A stretch of 64,000 nucleotides of DNA from Dendrobates tinctorius (Eukaryota). The position numbers and the translations under genes were made by a program. A model generated the notes under the pieces. It had not been told where the DNA came from, searched no databases, and worked only from the letters and a program-made list of their open reading frames with translations. The first letter of the stretch is position 1. Every line of letters begins with the position of its first letter. Shown piece after piece: positions 13,601-28,600 of this stretch. The stretch is taken from positions 5,394,001-5,458,000 of the forward strand of contig NW_027361898.1 in assembly GCF_039654945.1 (NCBI RefSeq), given 5' to 3'.

Positions 13601-16600
13601 GTCCATCTGGTACAATCGGGATCATTTTCACAGTCCGAGCCAGATGACGGATTAATCCTCGCCTGCTTTATGGATGGAGGCTTATTCTTAAAGTGGATGT
13701 GAGGGGATTATACGCAATCAGATTTCTTATTGGAAACCACTGCTGGGATTAATGCTAATTGATATGAGAATATGGGGGGGGGGGGGGGGGGATGTGACCA
13801 GGCATTAACCACTTAATGATGGGCTACTATTTTTCTTCTAGTTACGGTTTTGCATTTTCAGCTTTGCGTCCTTTCTTAGGTCCCCACTAGTGTTACCGGG
13901 AGGGAAGGGAAACAATGAATGGGTTAAACGGCAGGGATTGGAAGTTCCACTGATCTCGGCTGCCCCATAGAGCCGAGCACCTGCTCCAGGCGGGCAGGAG
14001 GGGACACCCATGCAGGGATTATTCCAGCAGCATGGTAAAAACAGGGTGCTGTGTAATAAGGTGCCTAAAGGGGTATTCCCAAGGTAGAATGCTATTGTGA
14101 ATGGTCCGACCACAGGGACCCCCTGCAATCCCAAGAACAAGACTCTGAAATGCCCCAATGTAATGGAGTGGTGTTTCATTCATTGCCGTAGAGAGCGGAG
14201 TAAAGCGCTCTTTTTTTTTTTTTTTTCCCCCCCCCCCCCCCCCCCGAGCGTCCCATAGACAACGTGCAAAGAGATTTGCAGCAGACGTGGCCACCCCTTC
14301 ATTCAGATGTGGCATTTCAGAGCCCACCAATCAGCAAATTATCACCTACCCTTTAATGACTGCCATATCAAGGGTTATTGCCAGTCAGGGGACACTGGGT
14401 CTAAAACAAATGTTCTCAAACTTTTTACTCGACTTGCTGTGGGTGAATGGAGAGTTCTGTGGTTTCTTTTCTGTCCATCTAGAGACTGAACATCTTGATT
14501 ATGTCGCTGACATAGCTGTGGAGCCGAGTGTATGAGCCGTGTATGGATCTTACCGGGGGCGGTGGATCGCTACGTACTTGTTTAGGTTGGTGTACTCATC
14601 CCTGGCAGTCCTCTTGGTGACGGGGCGGCTCTCGTGGCGGCCTTCGCTGGTGATGGCGCATACAGTGCAGGTGTACTCAGTGCTGGGTGTCAGGCGCCGG
14701 GCGGTGTACGAGCGCTCCGTCCCTAGATACACAGACTTCCCGTTCAGGCTCAGTTCGTAATTGAAAAACCTGCCAACGGGGTCCTTGGGCCCCTCCCAGG
14801 TGATGAACATTTCACTGCGCCCGACGACGTAGACCGTGAGTCTGTCCGGAGCGTGGTCTCCTCCGTCCATTGTCCGGGTGACCACGGTGACTCTTGGACT
14901 GTTCCCCCTAGAGTTGCAGGAACATACGCTGAAAGTGTACGCGGTGGCGGGGGTCAGGCTGGTCACAATGCAGGTCACATCAGAGGTGGTCTCCACAAGG
15001 AGGTCCTCTCTATACACCACATATTTAATCCCTGGGCCAGAGCCGGCTGGCGGGTTCCAGGATAGCCTCACTCTTGTGGCCGTGCGTCCCACGACTTGGA
15101 AATCTGTGGGGCATCCAGGCAGCGGCTCTTCCACTGTCACCAGGGTGAGGGGGCTGGCCGGACTACGGTCTCCTTCAGTTTCCAGGACAACTTTCAGAGG
15201 ATGGTGGCCAGGGGTGCAGCGAGGTATGACATATGAGAAGGAAGGTCCTCTGTAAAGGAGCCGGTCACCATCATACAGGCTGCAGACAGAAGGGGAACAT
15301 GTAAATTAGCTAAAGAGCAGGGTGTGGGGGACAGGACGGGGGGCTATTCTCTCCCACTTCATTGTTTATGAGCTCAGGAAACTGTAAAAGTTAGGCCCTG
15401 TGCACACGGTGCGGATTCTGCTGCGGACCTGCAGCAGAACTGCAGGTGATGTACAGTACCATTAAAGACTATGAAAAAAAACCCGCTGTGCACATGCTGC
15501 GTTTTTTTCCGCACGGTTTTCGTGCGGAAAAAAAAAGCAGCATGTGACTTCTTTTGTGCGGTTTTCCTGCAGTTTTCCACCTACTCCACTATAGGAATCT
15601 GCAGGTGGAAAACCGCAAGATAACTGCAAAAAAACAGGAAGAAATACACAGGAAAAATGCAAGTCATTTGACCTGCGGATTTCGTGAATTCTGCACAGAA
15701 AATGCAAGCACAGAATACGCACCGTGTGCACATAGCCTTATACTTTCTAATGTTGGAATATACTCAAGTCACACCCAAAGCTACATTCAAACTGAATATC
15801 GAAGCTACAGGCAAATTTAAAGATCTGGGCAGCAGCTGCCCTTACCAAATCTGCAACAGAGGTGTATCTAGGGGGGCAGCCCACGCAGTATGCAGGCTGG
15901 CGAAGTCGGGCTGCCTAATGCGGAGGTCCAAAGTGTCTCCCCTGGCGGCTGCATTTTGGTGCCTCCATAACTGGCAGTCGGCCGTTTCCTGAGCCGGCTC
16001 AGAGAAGCTGCAGCGGGCCGGCTCTCGGTGATCAATTGTACTCGCTTCTTTTACCTCTGGGTCAGAACGACATCAGCAGCATGATCAGGTCATGTGATCA
16101 CGCTGCTGACATCACTCACCGGCACACATTGGTGGTAATTGCTCCACACTAGTGGAGCTGAAGACATCGAAGATTGAATGTAAAGGGAGGAGGGGAAGGT
16201 GATTTAGTGTGGGGGTATTTACTGTACTGTGGATTGTGTAGGGGTATTTACCATGTGTATGGGGGTATTTACTGTATTGTGGATTGTGTGTGGGTGCTTA
16301 CCGTGTGGGGTAGATTTAGTGTAATAGGACTAGTGGAGATTTACTGTGTATGGGGGTATTTACTCTGTATGGGGGTAATTACTGTATAACGAGGCTGGGG
16401 GAGATTTACTGTGTATGGGGAGATTTACTGTGTGGGAGATTTAGTGTAACGGAGCTGGAGGAGACTTACTGTTTGTGTGTATGGGGAATTTAAAATAATG
16501 GGGGGATGATTTGAGGACACATGTTTGGGGAGCAAGGAAGGGACTGGTGCAGACACAATATGGGGAGCGGGAGAAATTTTAAGACAATATGGGGGCATGT

Positions 16601-19600
16601 ATGAGGAATGGGTGCAGACAGTATGAGGAGCAAGAGGAAAATGTATGTGGACACAGTATGGGGAGCGAGGGGGGTGGGATGGCTGCGGACACAGTATGGG
16701 GAGTCGTGTGGATGAATGAGGAGGCAGTGTGGAGAGGAGACTATTGAGGGGAATTTGGCGAGGAGACAGTATGGGAGAAAAAACTGTGAGTGGGCACAGA
16801 ATAAAGATTGAGTAGTTTGGGGGGGGGGGGGGGGGGGAGTAGCATGGAGGAACAGTGTAAGGTCACAGCCAGGAAGAGACAGTAAGCTAAGGAGGGGGAG
16901 TGTGGTGAGGGGGGCATAGTATGGAGACTGGGTAGTATAAGGGGAACACAGTGTGAGAGGACTGTGTGATGTGGGGGGCCCAGTATGGAAAGGAGATTGC
17001 ATGTACCATAAGAGGGACAGTATGGGGGTCATATTATGTGCAGGGAATATAATGAGGAGCGATTATTTATTCAGGGGCTCAGTTTAGGGCAAATATTTTT
17101 GTTCAGGAGCATTATAATGACACTGCTATCTTTTAGGACATTGTGTGGTGATGTGCTGCGCAAGACCGGAGAAGATGGAAGTCTGCAAAGACGAATTGTG
17201 GCCGTGAAAAGTCATCTTTGCATCTGGACAAGATGATGAAGAAAAGAAAGCGAACAACATCATGTATATGGTACCTAGATGTAAATGTTTTTTTGTGTGA
17301 TATTAATTCACATTTTTTTTTATGTTGGGAGCATTAAAGGGGACTTCTGCAGACTTCTGTATTCTAACAGCAGGCGCACTGCTGTGCTGTCAGGATTCTC
17401 TCGTGTCGGCGATTTACATATATGCGGTCATATGCTGACTAGACGCGTGGCCTCACTCAATGAAAATGAATTGAGCAAGGCCAGACACGTCTTGACAGAA
17501 GATGACCAAAAGTATACAAATCACATACTTGTGCAAGGGAGAATCCTAAAAGTGTGCAGTGCATGCGCCTTGAGTATTCAGAAGCCTGCAGCCACCTATA
17601 GTTACTGCAGGCTTTCACCTCAAACCTGGATGCACCCTTTAATTATAAAATAAAGCCCTGTAGCCAACCCTAATAGCGTGTGATATACTCACTGTCAGGA
17701 TTCAGCTCTGCTTGCAGGTTCCAGCAGACATCACATGTACACTTCAGTTATATGTGACTTTCATACTTGCAGCTACCTGACAACGATCTTCTCTTCCTAA
17801 TTCTCTCAGTTTTTCACTGAACATCAAGAGAATTAGGAAGAGCAGCTCGTCAGTGTGTAAATCGCATATGTGCTTGGGGGAGCCGGGGCGCCAAATTGAA
17901 TTCTTGCCCTGGGCGCCAGAAAACCTCTGGTCTGCAGTGGGTCTGGACTCTGTATCTTGGTTTTAACCCATGACTGTCCACAATGTGAAAAAAACGGGAA
18001 ATGTGAATGCAGCTTTGGATGTGATTGGAGCATAACGTTTCAAGATAAGAAAAGCAAAATGTTTCCAATGTTTCTCAAGATGTAGCACTAATGAGTTTCT
18101 TGCTGACCTGTAAGTAACGGTCAGGCAGCTGTGGGGTCTATATTCCTTCCAGGCCACCACAACGGAGCCGGACTCCAGGATCTTTGCTGTAGGAGGCCCA
18201 GGCTGGGGGAGACGCTGGAGGTTCCTTAATGTGACCTCCACCTCTTGTAGCAGCTCCTCTCCGGCCACATGCAATGCTGCAATTTTCTATTGGAGATAAG
18301 AAAATAAAACAGATGGAAGTAACATAAATGTGAGATGTGTGAATGAACATTAACCTGCTGAAAGGGCAGAAGGAGGACCATATAATGTTAGGTAGATGGT
18401 GCGTGGCATATCCACATGATGCCCCATCACAATGCATACTGGGAACACACCACAAGACCCGCCGTGTACCGGGATCACCCCGCAAGGCCTGACGTGTAAC
18501 AAAACCACCCGACAAGACCCGCTGTGTACCATGAACACCACGTAAGATCCGCTGTGTACCTGGATCATCCGGCAAGACCCGCCGTGTATCGGGAACACCC
18601 TGCAAGACCTGATGTGTAACAAAATCAACCCCCAAGACCCTCTATGTACCACGAACACCATGTAAGACCCACGGTGTACTGGAATCACCCCGCAAGACCC
18701 ATTGTGTACCGGATTCATCCCACAAGACCTGGTATGTACAGAAATCACCCCGCAAGACCCGCCTTGTACCGGGATCATTCCGGAAGACCCACTGTGTACC
18801 GGATTCACCCCACAAAACCTGCTATGTACCGGGATCACCCCGCAAGGCCTGACGTGTAACAAAACCACCCGACAAGACCCGCTGTTTACCATGAACACCA
18901 CGTAAGATCCGCTGTGTACCTGGATATTCCGGCAAGACCCGCCGTGTACCGGGAACACCCTGCAAGACCTGATGTGTAACAAAATCAACCCCCAAGACCC
19001 TCTATGTACCACGAACACCATGTAAGACCCACGGTGTACCGGAATCACCCCGCAAGACCCATTGTGTACCGGATTCATCCCAAAAGACCTGCTATGTACA
19101 GAAATCACCCCGCAAGACCCGCCTTGTACCGGGATCACCCCGCAATACCCGCTGTGTACAGTGGGTGTGGAAAGTATTCAGACCCCTTTAAGTTTTTCAC
19201 TTTTTGTTTTATTGCAGCCATTTCGTAAATTTAAAAAAGTTCATTTTTTTCTCATTAATGTACACTCTGCACCCCATCTTGACTGAAAAAAAAAAGTAGA
19301 TTTTTTTGCAAATTTATTAAAAAAGAAAAACTGAAATCACATGGTCATAAGTATTCAGACCCTTTGCTCAGTATTGAGTAGAAGCACCCTTATGAGCTGG
19401 TACAGCCATGAGTCTTCTTGGGAATGATGCAACAAGTTTTTCACACCTGGATTTGGGGATCCTCTGCCATTTTTCCTTGCAGATCCTCTCCAGTTCCGTC
19501 AGGTTGGATGGTGAACGTTAGTGGACAGCCATTTTCAGGTCTCTCCAGAGATGCTCAATTGGGTTTAGGTCAGGGCTCTGGCTGGGCCAGTCAAGAATGG

Positions 19601-22600
19601 TCACAGAGTTGTTCTGAAGCCACTCCTTTGTTATTTTAGCTGTGTGCTTAGGGTCATTGTCTTGTTGGAAGGTGAACCTTCAGCCAAGTATGAGGTTCAG
19701 AGCACTCTGGAAGAGATTTTCATCCATGATATCTCTGTACTTGGCCGCATTCATGTTTCCTTCAATTACAATCAGTAGTCCTGTCCCAGCAGCTGAAAAA
19801 CAACCCCATAGCATGATGCTGCCACCACCATGTTTCACTGTTGGGATTATATTGGGCAGGTGATGAGCAGTGCCTGGTTTTCTCCACACATACTGCTTAG
19901 AATTATCATCAAAAAGTTCTATCTTCGTCTCATCAGACTAGCGAATCTAATTTCTCATAGTCTGGGAGTCCTTCATATGTTTTTAAGCAAACTCTATGTG
20001 GGGTTTCATATGTCTTGCAGAGGAGAGGCTTCCATTGGGCCACTCTGCCATAAAGGCCCGACTGGTGGAGGGCTCCAGAGACTTTGTGGAACTTTCTCCC
20101 ATTTCCCTACTGCATCTGTGGAGCTAAGCCACAGTGATCTTGGAGTTCTTCTTGTGGACATGTGGACCCCAAGACCCCCATACTGCCTCGCTGCCGATTT
20201 ATTAGGCATATGCAAAATTTTTACTATAGTTACAAAATCCTCCTTGAAATAACCAAGGTACGATGTGTGCAGGATTCATCCTCGGCATTATCAGCGGCCT
20301 TCTGCGTCCTCCGACAATATTATTGTCTTTTCTCCTGAAATATCCATGACAATGGTCTCCATGGTAACTAGTTCACCATTAAACCCATTGCTGACAGCAC
20401 CATTACCAGTAAAGTATTTATGGGGGGGTTTCCATAGAGATGACAGATACAGAGACTCTCCGGAGAGACAGTAGTGAGAGGGGGCAGGGGCATCGGTCTC
20501 TGTCAGATGTGCTAGATTAATGGTGAGACCTCGTTAGTTCCCATATGACATAATGAAGATCTCAGGATGTGGTCTTGCACTTTTTTCCATTGCCATGATC
20601 TCCACTACACCCATATTTCTCAACCCTAAATGTGCGTCTGGATGTTGGGGCTCAGTCTGGCGTCAAAGTATTCCGGCACCACACACTGGAAACCTTCAGA
20701 AAGCGCCAATTTACAGAAGGCTTCTGTGGTGTCCAGGAGCATCCTCCTCTACCCAGGAGCCTCCTGGAGATTCCCCAGGGAGCTGGCGAGTGTTGCAATA
20801 AATGGACAGGTGTGGTGCCGCCATGTTTCTCCGATCCCAGACATCCCCTAACCACAGGTCTGGGACACTTACTTTTAGGATCACTTCGAGCGTTGGGTGC
20901 TGTCGCAGTCTCACAACTCCTGAAGGAAACTTAGATAATCCCTTCACAGTTCTAGAAAGAAAAAGTTGTGTGTAAGCATCCTCACTAAGATGAGAATATG
21001 GCACTGATACCGAGGGTGCGCCATTGTAAATGTGGCACTGATACTGAGGGTGCGCTATTATAAAAAGTGGCATTGCAACCATCTAAGAATCCGATCTGAC
21101 GGAAACCTTAGAGGGTCAGCAATTATAAGTTTCAACATTTGCAGAATGGTGGTGTGACTTTGGCGGTAGCGCTGGTGCCAGGGCCATGTCTGGGAGTCAG
21201 TGTCTTTGTGAAGTGAAACTCGAGTGCCGTTGGCAAAACAAAGGGAAACTGAAGAACTTACATGGCAGCGAACCAGCAGGAGTCCTGCTCGCTGGACTGC
21301 AGGAGGTGGCAGAGTGTCTCCAAGACCTGTGGGAAGTGCGGGCTCTTCAGGACATGCTGGTGGCCGGCTGGGCTAGTCACAAGGCACGTAAGGGCAAAGC
21401 AAGCGTTTCTGCTTCCGCCAGCATCTCCTCCGGACATCATCGCCTCCAGCTTGCAAATCTAGACTTATCAGGGGAAGACATGATTTTACCTGAGGCGACA
21501 GCGGACAATCTACTCCTGAGGTGGCAGAGAGCATGCAGGCCTCCGGGAGTGGCGCCCTGACACTTTGGGGCCTGTTGGGAAGCAGCATCCTTCCACTCGG
21601 GAGCTGGTCGGGGAGCGGCGTCCTGACACTCGGGGGTCGGCTGGGGAGCGTCAAACTGACACTCGAGGGTCGGCCAGGGAGCGGCGCCCTTTCACTTGAG
21701 GGCCAATCGAAGTAAATGCAATTTTGGGGATATGTGCTTATTGCACTCACCATGTTGTCGGCCTCCTGCAGAGCCAGCACCCGTCTCCTGCCTTGGTCTG
21801 TGTCGCACAGACGTCCGAGTGTAAAAGCCGCATTCAGACCACAGCCTAAGAGAGAGGAGATGCATTAACCTGGAAGCCACTACAGATTGCCGACACAACG
21901 TGGTACCAGAGGTGGCCCAATGTGACAGCTTCAGCAAGTCCTACAGAAGTCTATGGAAATCATACAAGAGCCCAAGCAACAGAGTCACAGCATTTCCATT
22001 GTGTTCAGCAGACTCACAGTATTTCCATTATCTTCAGTATTATTTTGTGAGTATACAGTGCCACTAAGTTGGTATTTTGGGGCACAGCAGTGCCTCTGAT
22101 GTAGGTAGTATTAATGCTTGGACTCTTTCTTTTGTTTACCTGCCTCATCCACATGGAGGGATGTCATTATTTTCTGTAATATCATGTCAGATTTCGGATG
22201 TTCTAGGAGCCGTATGCACCCCTCCTGGCACATTGAGATGCGGGCAAGCACCAGGGCACAGTTGCTGGCCGTCCAGTCATTTGGAGAATCCAGGAGTTTT
22301 GTGATGTTCTCGATGATGAAATCGAAATCTACAGAGGAGAGGAGCCAATGTCTGCCATGGCTGTTCTCCGCCTGTAGGAAGAAATGTCAGCAGCTCAGTC
22401 ATCAATGTCCGATCTCCGTGCCACATCCACTACACGGCTAATGATTGGATCTGTATTCCCACACACATATGGAGGAAAGTCATCTAAGAAGCCGCAACAT
22501 ATCACTGACTGATCGGAGTTATCTGCCATACAATGCACCGGTAACCGGATCTTTCTGATGTGACATTGGCAAAACTACAACCTGCCAAAGTCACTGCAGC

Positions 22601-25600
22601 AAAGAGGCACTGGCGCTGTTCTACAGGGTGCCAGCTTAGAAACTGCAGAATAGTGAGTGCAGCTCTGGAGTATAATATAGGATGTAACTCAGGATCAGTA
22701 ATGTAATGTATGCACACAGTGACTGCACCAGCAGAATAGTGAGTGCAGCTCTGGAGTATAATACAGGATGTAACTCAGGATCAGCACAGGATAAGTAATG
22801 TATGTACACAATGACTGCACCAGCAGAATAGTGAGTGCAGCTCTGTGGTATAATACAGGATGTAACTCAGGATCAGTAATGTAATGTATGTACACAGTGA
22901 CTGCACCAGCAGAATAGTGAGTGCAGCTCTGGAGAATAATACAGGGTGTAACTCAGGATCAGTAATGTAATGTATGTACACTGTGATTGCACCAGCAGAA
23001 TAGTGAGTGCAGCTCTGGAGAATAATACAGGGTGTAACTCAGGATCAGTAATGTAATGTATGTACACTGTGATTGCACCAGCAGAATAGTGAGTGCAGCT
23101 CTGAAGAATAATACAGGGTGTAACTCAGGATCAGTAATATATTGTATGTACACAGTGACTGCACCAGCAGAATAGTGAGTGCAGCTCTGGAGTATAATAC
23201 AGAATATAACTCGGGATCAGTACAGGATAAGTAATACATTGTATGTACACTGTGACTCCACCAGCAGAATAGTGAGTGCAGCTCTGGAGTATATTACAGG
23301 ATGTAACTCAGGATCAGTACAGGATGCAATACAGTATATGTACACAGTGACTGCACCAGCAGAATAGTGAGTGCAGCTCTGGAGTATAATACAGGATGTA
23401 ACTCAGGATCAGTACAGGATAAGTAATGTAATGTATGTACATAGTGACTGCACCAGCAGAATAGTGAGTGCAGCTCTGGAGTATAATACAGGATGTAACT
23501 CAGGATCAGTACAGGATAAGTAATGTAATGTATGTACACAGTGACTGCACCAGCAGAATAGTGAGTGCAGCTCTGGAGTATATTAAAGGATGTAACTCAG
23601 GATCAGTACAGGATGCAATACATTATATGTACACAGTGACTGCACCAGCAGAATAGTGAGTGCAGCTCTGGAGTATAATACAGGAGGTAACTCAGGATCA
23701 GCACAGGATGTAATGTAATGTATGTACACAGTGACCAGACCAGCAGAATAGTGAGTGCAGCTCTGGAGTGTAATATCGGAAGCCCCATATATAATGATAC
23801 TTTATGGGCCCACACTTCTATGGCACAGTCTGGACACCCATTCTAAGCGGACCAGCTGATCTCTCACCAGTGTTCCCAGGGCACCAGCTGCATTCATTAC
23901 AGATTCTGCATCATCCCATAGCAGCATCGCTCCCAGTCCCCCCAGCAAGTCCCAGTCTGTCGCTATTCCTGCCAGGTTCACCAACATGACTGCAACTCCA
24001 GGATCTTCTGCCACCATGCCAAGAATGTAGGCAACATTACTGCAGAGGCTGCAACAACAGGAGTCATATAATATCAGAATCTCCAATACTAAATAGAAAT
24101 CCCATACAGTATGGTACAATGCCTGTATAATACTGCCAAACAGTGAGAACATAGCAGATCGTACACTGGAGCTGTTTCTGTGGTGGAATTTTGGGATGGA
24201 CACAGAGGTACTTGTGTGAATTGATCACTCAGCCCTGGGGTACCGGCATCACCCTCCTTATATCACCTCATTGTCAGTGCAGGGGTGCCAGTACTATTAG
24301 GGCATGTGGATGGCCTCTTTCACCTCTCCACGGCGCAGGGAGGAGAGACTCTTCGTAAACAACATGAAGCCAGCTCTGCTCGCCAGTTACTGGGGTAACA
24401 CTTTGTAAGCAAGCGGAGACGTGTGGAGCCAGGAATGGAAAGGTGCCAACAGATCTGAAAAGCACGAGGATTACACGCAGGCGGCCGCGGGGCTGGGCAT
24501 GTAAACAAGCAGACCAGGAGGATTTTCCAGCACAATCACTGGGAACGTAGAGAGAGCCCTCACTAATCTCTGACTAGTCACACAGGATAAGACTGAGACA
24601 GGGTAACCCTGATTATAATGAGGGTGCAAACTGCAAATCACCATCCCAGATGTTATACACCGGAGAGGGGGCGATGGGGCCGGTCGTTCTACACCGGAGA
24701 GGGGGCGATGGGGCCGGTCGTTCTACACCGGAGAGGGGGCGATGGGGCCGGTCGTTCTACACCGGAGAGGGGGCGATGGGGCCGGTCGTTCTACACCGGA
24801 GAGGGGGCGATGGGGCCGGTCGTTCTACACCGGAGAGGGGGCGATGGGGCCGGTCGTTCTACACCGGAGAGGGGGCGATGGGGCCGGTCGTTCTACACCG
24901 GAGAGGGGGCGATGGGGCCGGTCGTTCTACACCGGAGAGGGGGCGATGGGGCCGGTCGTTCTACACCGGAGAGGGGGCGATGGGGCCGGTCGTTCTACAC
25001 CGGAGAGGGGGCGATGGGGCCGGTCGTTCTACACCGGAGAGGGGGCGATGGGGCCGGTCGTTCTACACCGGAGAGGGGGCGATGGGGCCGGTCGTTCTAC
25101 ACCGGAGAGGGGGCGATGGGGCCGGTCGTTCTACACCGGAGAGGGGGCGATGGGGCCGGTCGTTCTACACCGGAGAGGGGGCGATGGGGCCGGTCGTTCT
25201 ACACCGGAGAGGGGGCGATGGGGCCGGTCGTTCTACACCGGAGAGGGGGCGATGGGGCCGGTCGTTCTACACCGGAGAGGGGGCGATGGGGCCGGTCGTT
25301 CTACACCGGAGAGGGGGCGATGGGGCCGGTCGTTCTACACCGGAGAGGGGGCGATGGGGCCGGTCGTTCTACACCGGAGAGGGGGCGATGGGGCCGGTCG
25401 TTCTACACCGGAGAGGGGGCGATGGGGCCGGTCGTTCTACACCGGAGAGGGGGCGATGGGGCCAGACGTTCTACACCGGAGAGGGGGCGATGGGGCCAGA
25501 CATTCTACACCGGAGAGGGGGCGATGGGGGTCGGACGTTATACACTAGGGAGTGATAAGAAAGATGGAGAAACTAGAGTTCGGATTTTCTTCCAATTTGC

Positions 25601-28600
25601 TATTAAATTCTGCTATTGTAGTTTTTCACAGTAATGGAAGGATAGAGATGAACCGTCCTGTCTCCTAACAATAAGGGCAGCAGTTAGCAGCGGGTGAACA
25701 CGACCTCGTTGACATTTTCCCCATTGGTCGCACGTGTTTGCTAGACCGCGATTGTTATTTAATCTACAATGTATTTTAGGCTCGGTTGCCGAGGATCTGT
25801 CATGCTTCTTAAGGGATGTGTTTACCCTGCGGATATATTATGTTCAGCCTCGCTATTATGCTATGATCCCCAACGAAAGGTCCAGGCCGCAGCAGAGTCA
25901 CCCCCACCCTGAGTACACTTCATCCGCAGCTTGTTTGATGTTTGTATCTGGAGGACAATCTGTGTTAAAGCCACTAATGTCCTCTCTATGACTTGTCTAA
26001 TGGGGCCAAGTGTACAGGATTGAGTGCTGTCACGTTACCTTCACCCTGGAATAATACATAAATGTATGTGCTGCTGCTCTTTCATACGGGGGACTACACT
26101 TTTCTCATACCCCAAGATCAGACAATAGAGCAGGTGGAGGCGTTGGTCTGCTCCTATCATCAAAATGTACCTTTCAGGTTATCCCTCAAGTACCCTCACT
26201 TGTCTTTCCTTCTTTTGAGGTCCATGCCGTCAGACTCTACACCCCCTTCTCCATGCAAGTGGTGGTGGTATATCGTCCTCCCGGCCCCTGCCATCAGTTC
26301 CTGGATCATTTTGCCACTTGGCTTCCACATTTTCTCTCCTGTGACATCCCTACCCTCATCATGGGCGACTTCAACATCCCCATTGCTCTTCCCCTCTCCC
26401 CATCTGCTACTCATCTTTAATCTATAACCTCCTCATTTGGCCTTTTGCAGCTTACTAATTCTCCAATGCATGAAGATGGAAACTCCCTCGACTTGGTCTT
26501 CTCTCGGCTTTGTGCAGTGGATGATTTTGCAAACTCCCCTCTCCCGCTCTCTGACCACAAACTTCTTTCATTCTCTATCAAGAACTGACAGGCTGCTCAG
26601 GTCACCCCCACTGTCCATACTTATAGAAACATACAGGCCATTAACACCCAGAAACTTATGAAGAACTTGCAGTCTTCATTGGCCCCTATCTCCTCCCTTT
26701 CATGTCCTGATCCTGCATTGAAGCATTACAATGAAACACTTCAAAGTGCCCTGGATGAATTTGCTCCTCCTATACATAGAACACCACAACACAAACGGCG
26801 ACAACCCTGGCACACCCTGCAAACACGTTTCCTGCAGCGGTGCTCCAGGTGCGCCGAACGTCTGTGGAGAAAATCCGACTTACCCGAAGATTTCATCCAT
26901 TATAAGTTTATGCTTCGAACATACAACACTGCCCTTCACCTCTCAAAACAAACCTATTTCAACACACTCATCACCTCACTGTCCAATAACTCTAAACGTC
27001 TCTTTGACACTTTTCATTCTCTACTCAACCCAAGAGTACAGGCCCCTACCACGGAGCTTCGAGCTGACGATCTGGCCAATTACTTCAAAGAAAAATTGAC
27101 CAGATCCGACAGGAAATTATCTCCCAATCACCTCATACCATGCACTGTCCTCCCTCCCCCACTGCATCTAGCTCACTCTCTGACTTTGAACCAGTCACAG
27201 AAGAAGAAGTAAGCAGGCTCCTTGCATCTTCTCGCCCAACCACTTGCACCAGTGACCCATTTCCGTCACATCTACTCCAGACCCTTTCCCCTGCTGTCAC
27301 CCCTCACCTAACTAAAATATTTAACCTCTCTCTCTCTTCTGGTATCTTTCCCTCCTCATTTAAGCATGCCATCATACATCCACTACTTAAAAAAACCATC
27401 CCTCGACCAAAACTGTGCCGCTAACTATAGACCTGTTTCTAATCTTCCCTTCATCTCTAAACTCCTGGAACGCCTGGTCCACTCCCGTTTTATCCGCTAT
27501 CTCTCAGAAAACTCTCTTCTCGACCCTCTCCAATCCGGTTTCCGCTCTTTACATTCTACTGAAACTGCCCCTCACTAAAGTCTCTAATGATCTACTAACA
27601 GCTAAATCAAATGGTCATTACTCCATGCTAATTCTCTTGGATCTCTCTGCAGCATTCGACACGGTGGATCAACAGCTCCTCCTCACTATGCTCCGTTCCA
27701 TTGGCCTCAAGGACACCGTTCTCTCCTGGTTCTCCTCCCATCTCTCTGACCGCTCCTTTACTGTATCTTTTGCTGGCTCCTCCTCCTCTCATCTTCCCCT
27801 TACTGTTGGTGTTCCTCAAGGATCAGTCCTAGGCCCCTTCCTCTTCTCTTTGTATACTGCCCCTATTGGTCAAACAATCAGTAGATTTGGTTTCCAGTAC
27901 CATCTCTATGCTGACGACACCCAATTATACGCTTCTTCTCCTGACATCACGTCAGCCTTTCTAGAAAACACCGGCGATTGTCTAAACGCTGTGTCTAACA
28001 TCATGTCCTCACCTCACTATATCTGAAACTGAACCTGTCAAAGACTGAACTCCTTGTGTTTCCCTCCCGCTACTAATGTACCTATACCCGACATTGCCAT
28101 TTCCGTGTGTGGTTCTACTATTACTCCCAAGCAACATGCCCGCTGTCTTTGGGTCTTACTTGACTCTGAGCTTTCATTTGTCCCCCACATCCGATCACTG
28201 GCTCGCTCTTGTTATCTGCACCTCAAAAACATTTCTAGAATTCGACCTTTTCTTACCTTTGACTCTGCAAAAACTCTTACTGTTTCTCTTATTCATTCTC
28301 GTCTCGACTATTGTAACTCCCTTCTAATCGGTCTCCCGCTTGCCAAACTCTCCCCCCTCCAATCTGTCTTGAATGCAGCTGCCAGGATCATATTCCTCGC
28401 CAATCGTTACACCGATGCCTCTAGCTTGTGCCTGTCATTACACTGGCTACCCATCCACTCCAGAATCCAGTACAAACTTATTACCCTCACCCACAAAGCC
28501 CTCCATGGCTCACCACCACCCTACATCTCCTCCCTTGTTTCAGTATACCATCCTACCCGCGCCCTCCGTTCTGCTGATGACCTGAGGTTAGCATCCTCAA

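Noticed and set aside
14550-15140. FN3 ORF as a fragment of usherin, titin or a receptor
   Set aside because: Splices in frame to ARM-like exons; no signal peptide or transmembrane segment, so no symbol was assigned.
15857-17935. Possible hAT-like non-autonomous element
   Set aside because: Terminus-like sequences are present but matching TIRs and an 8-bp duplication could not be confirmed.
22645-23775. CRISPR-like regular repeats
   Set aside because: Intervening sequences are themselves repeated, there are no cas genes, and the context is a eukaryotic intron.
24324-24455. Possible extra exon of the ARM-FN3 gene
   Set aside because: An acceptor exists, but the nearest donor breaks phase and the flanking exons already join in frame.
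24618-25634. RGG-rich ORFs in all three plus frames
   Set aside because: Translation of a 34-bp tandem repeat.
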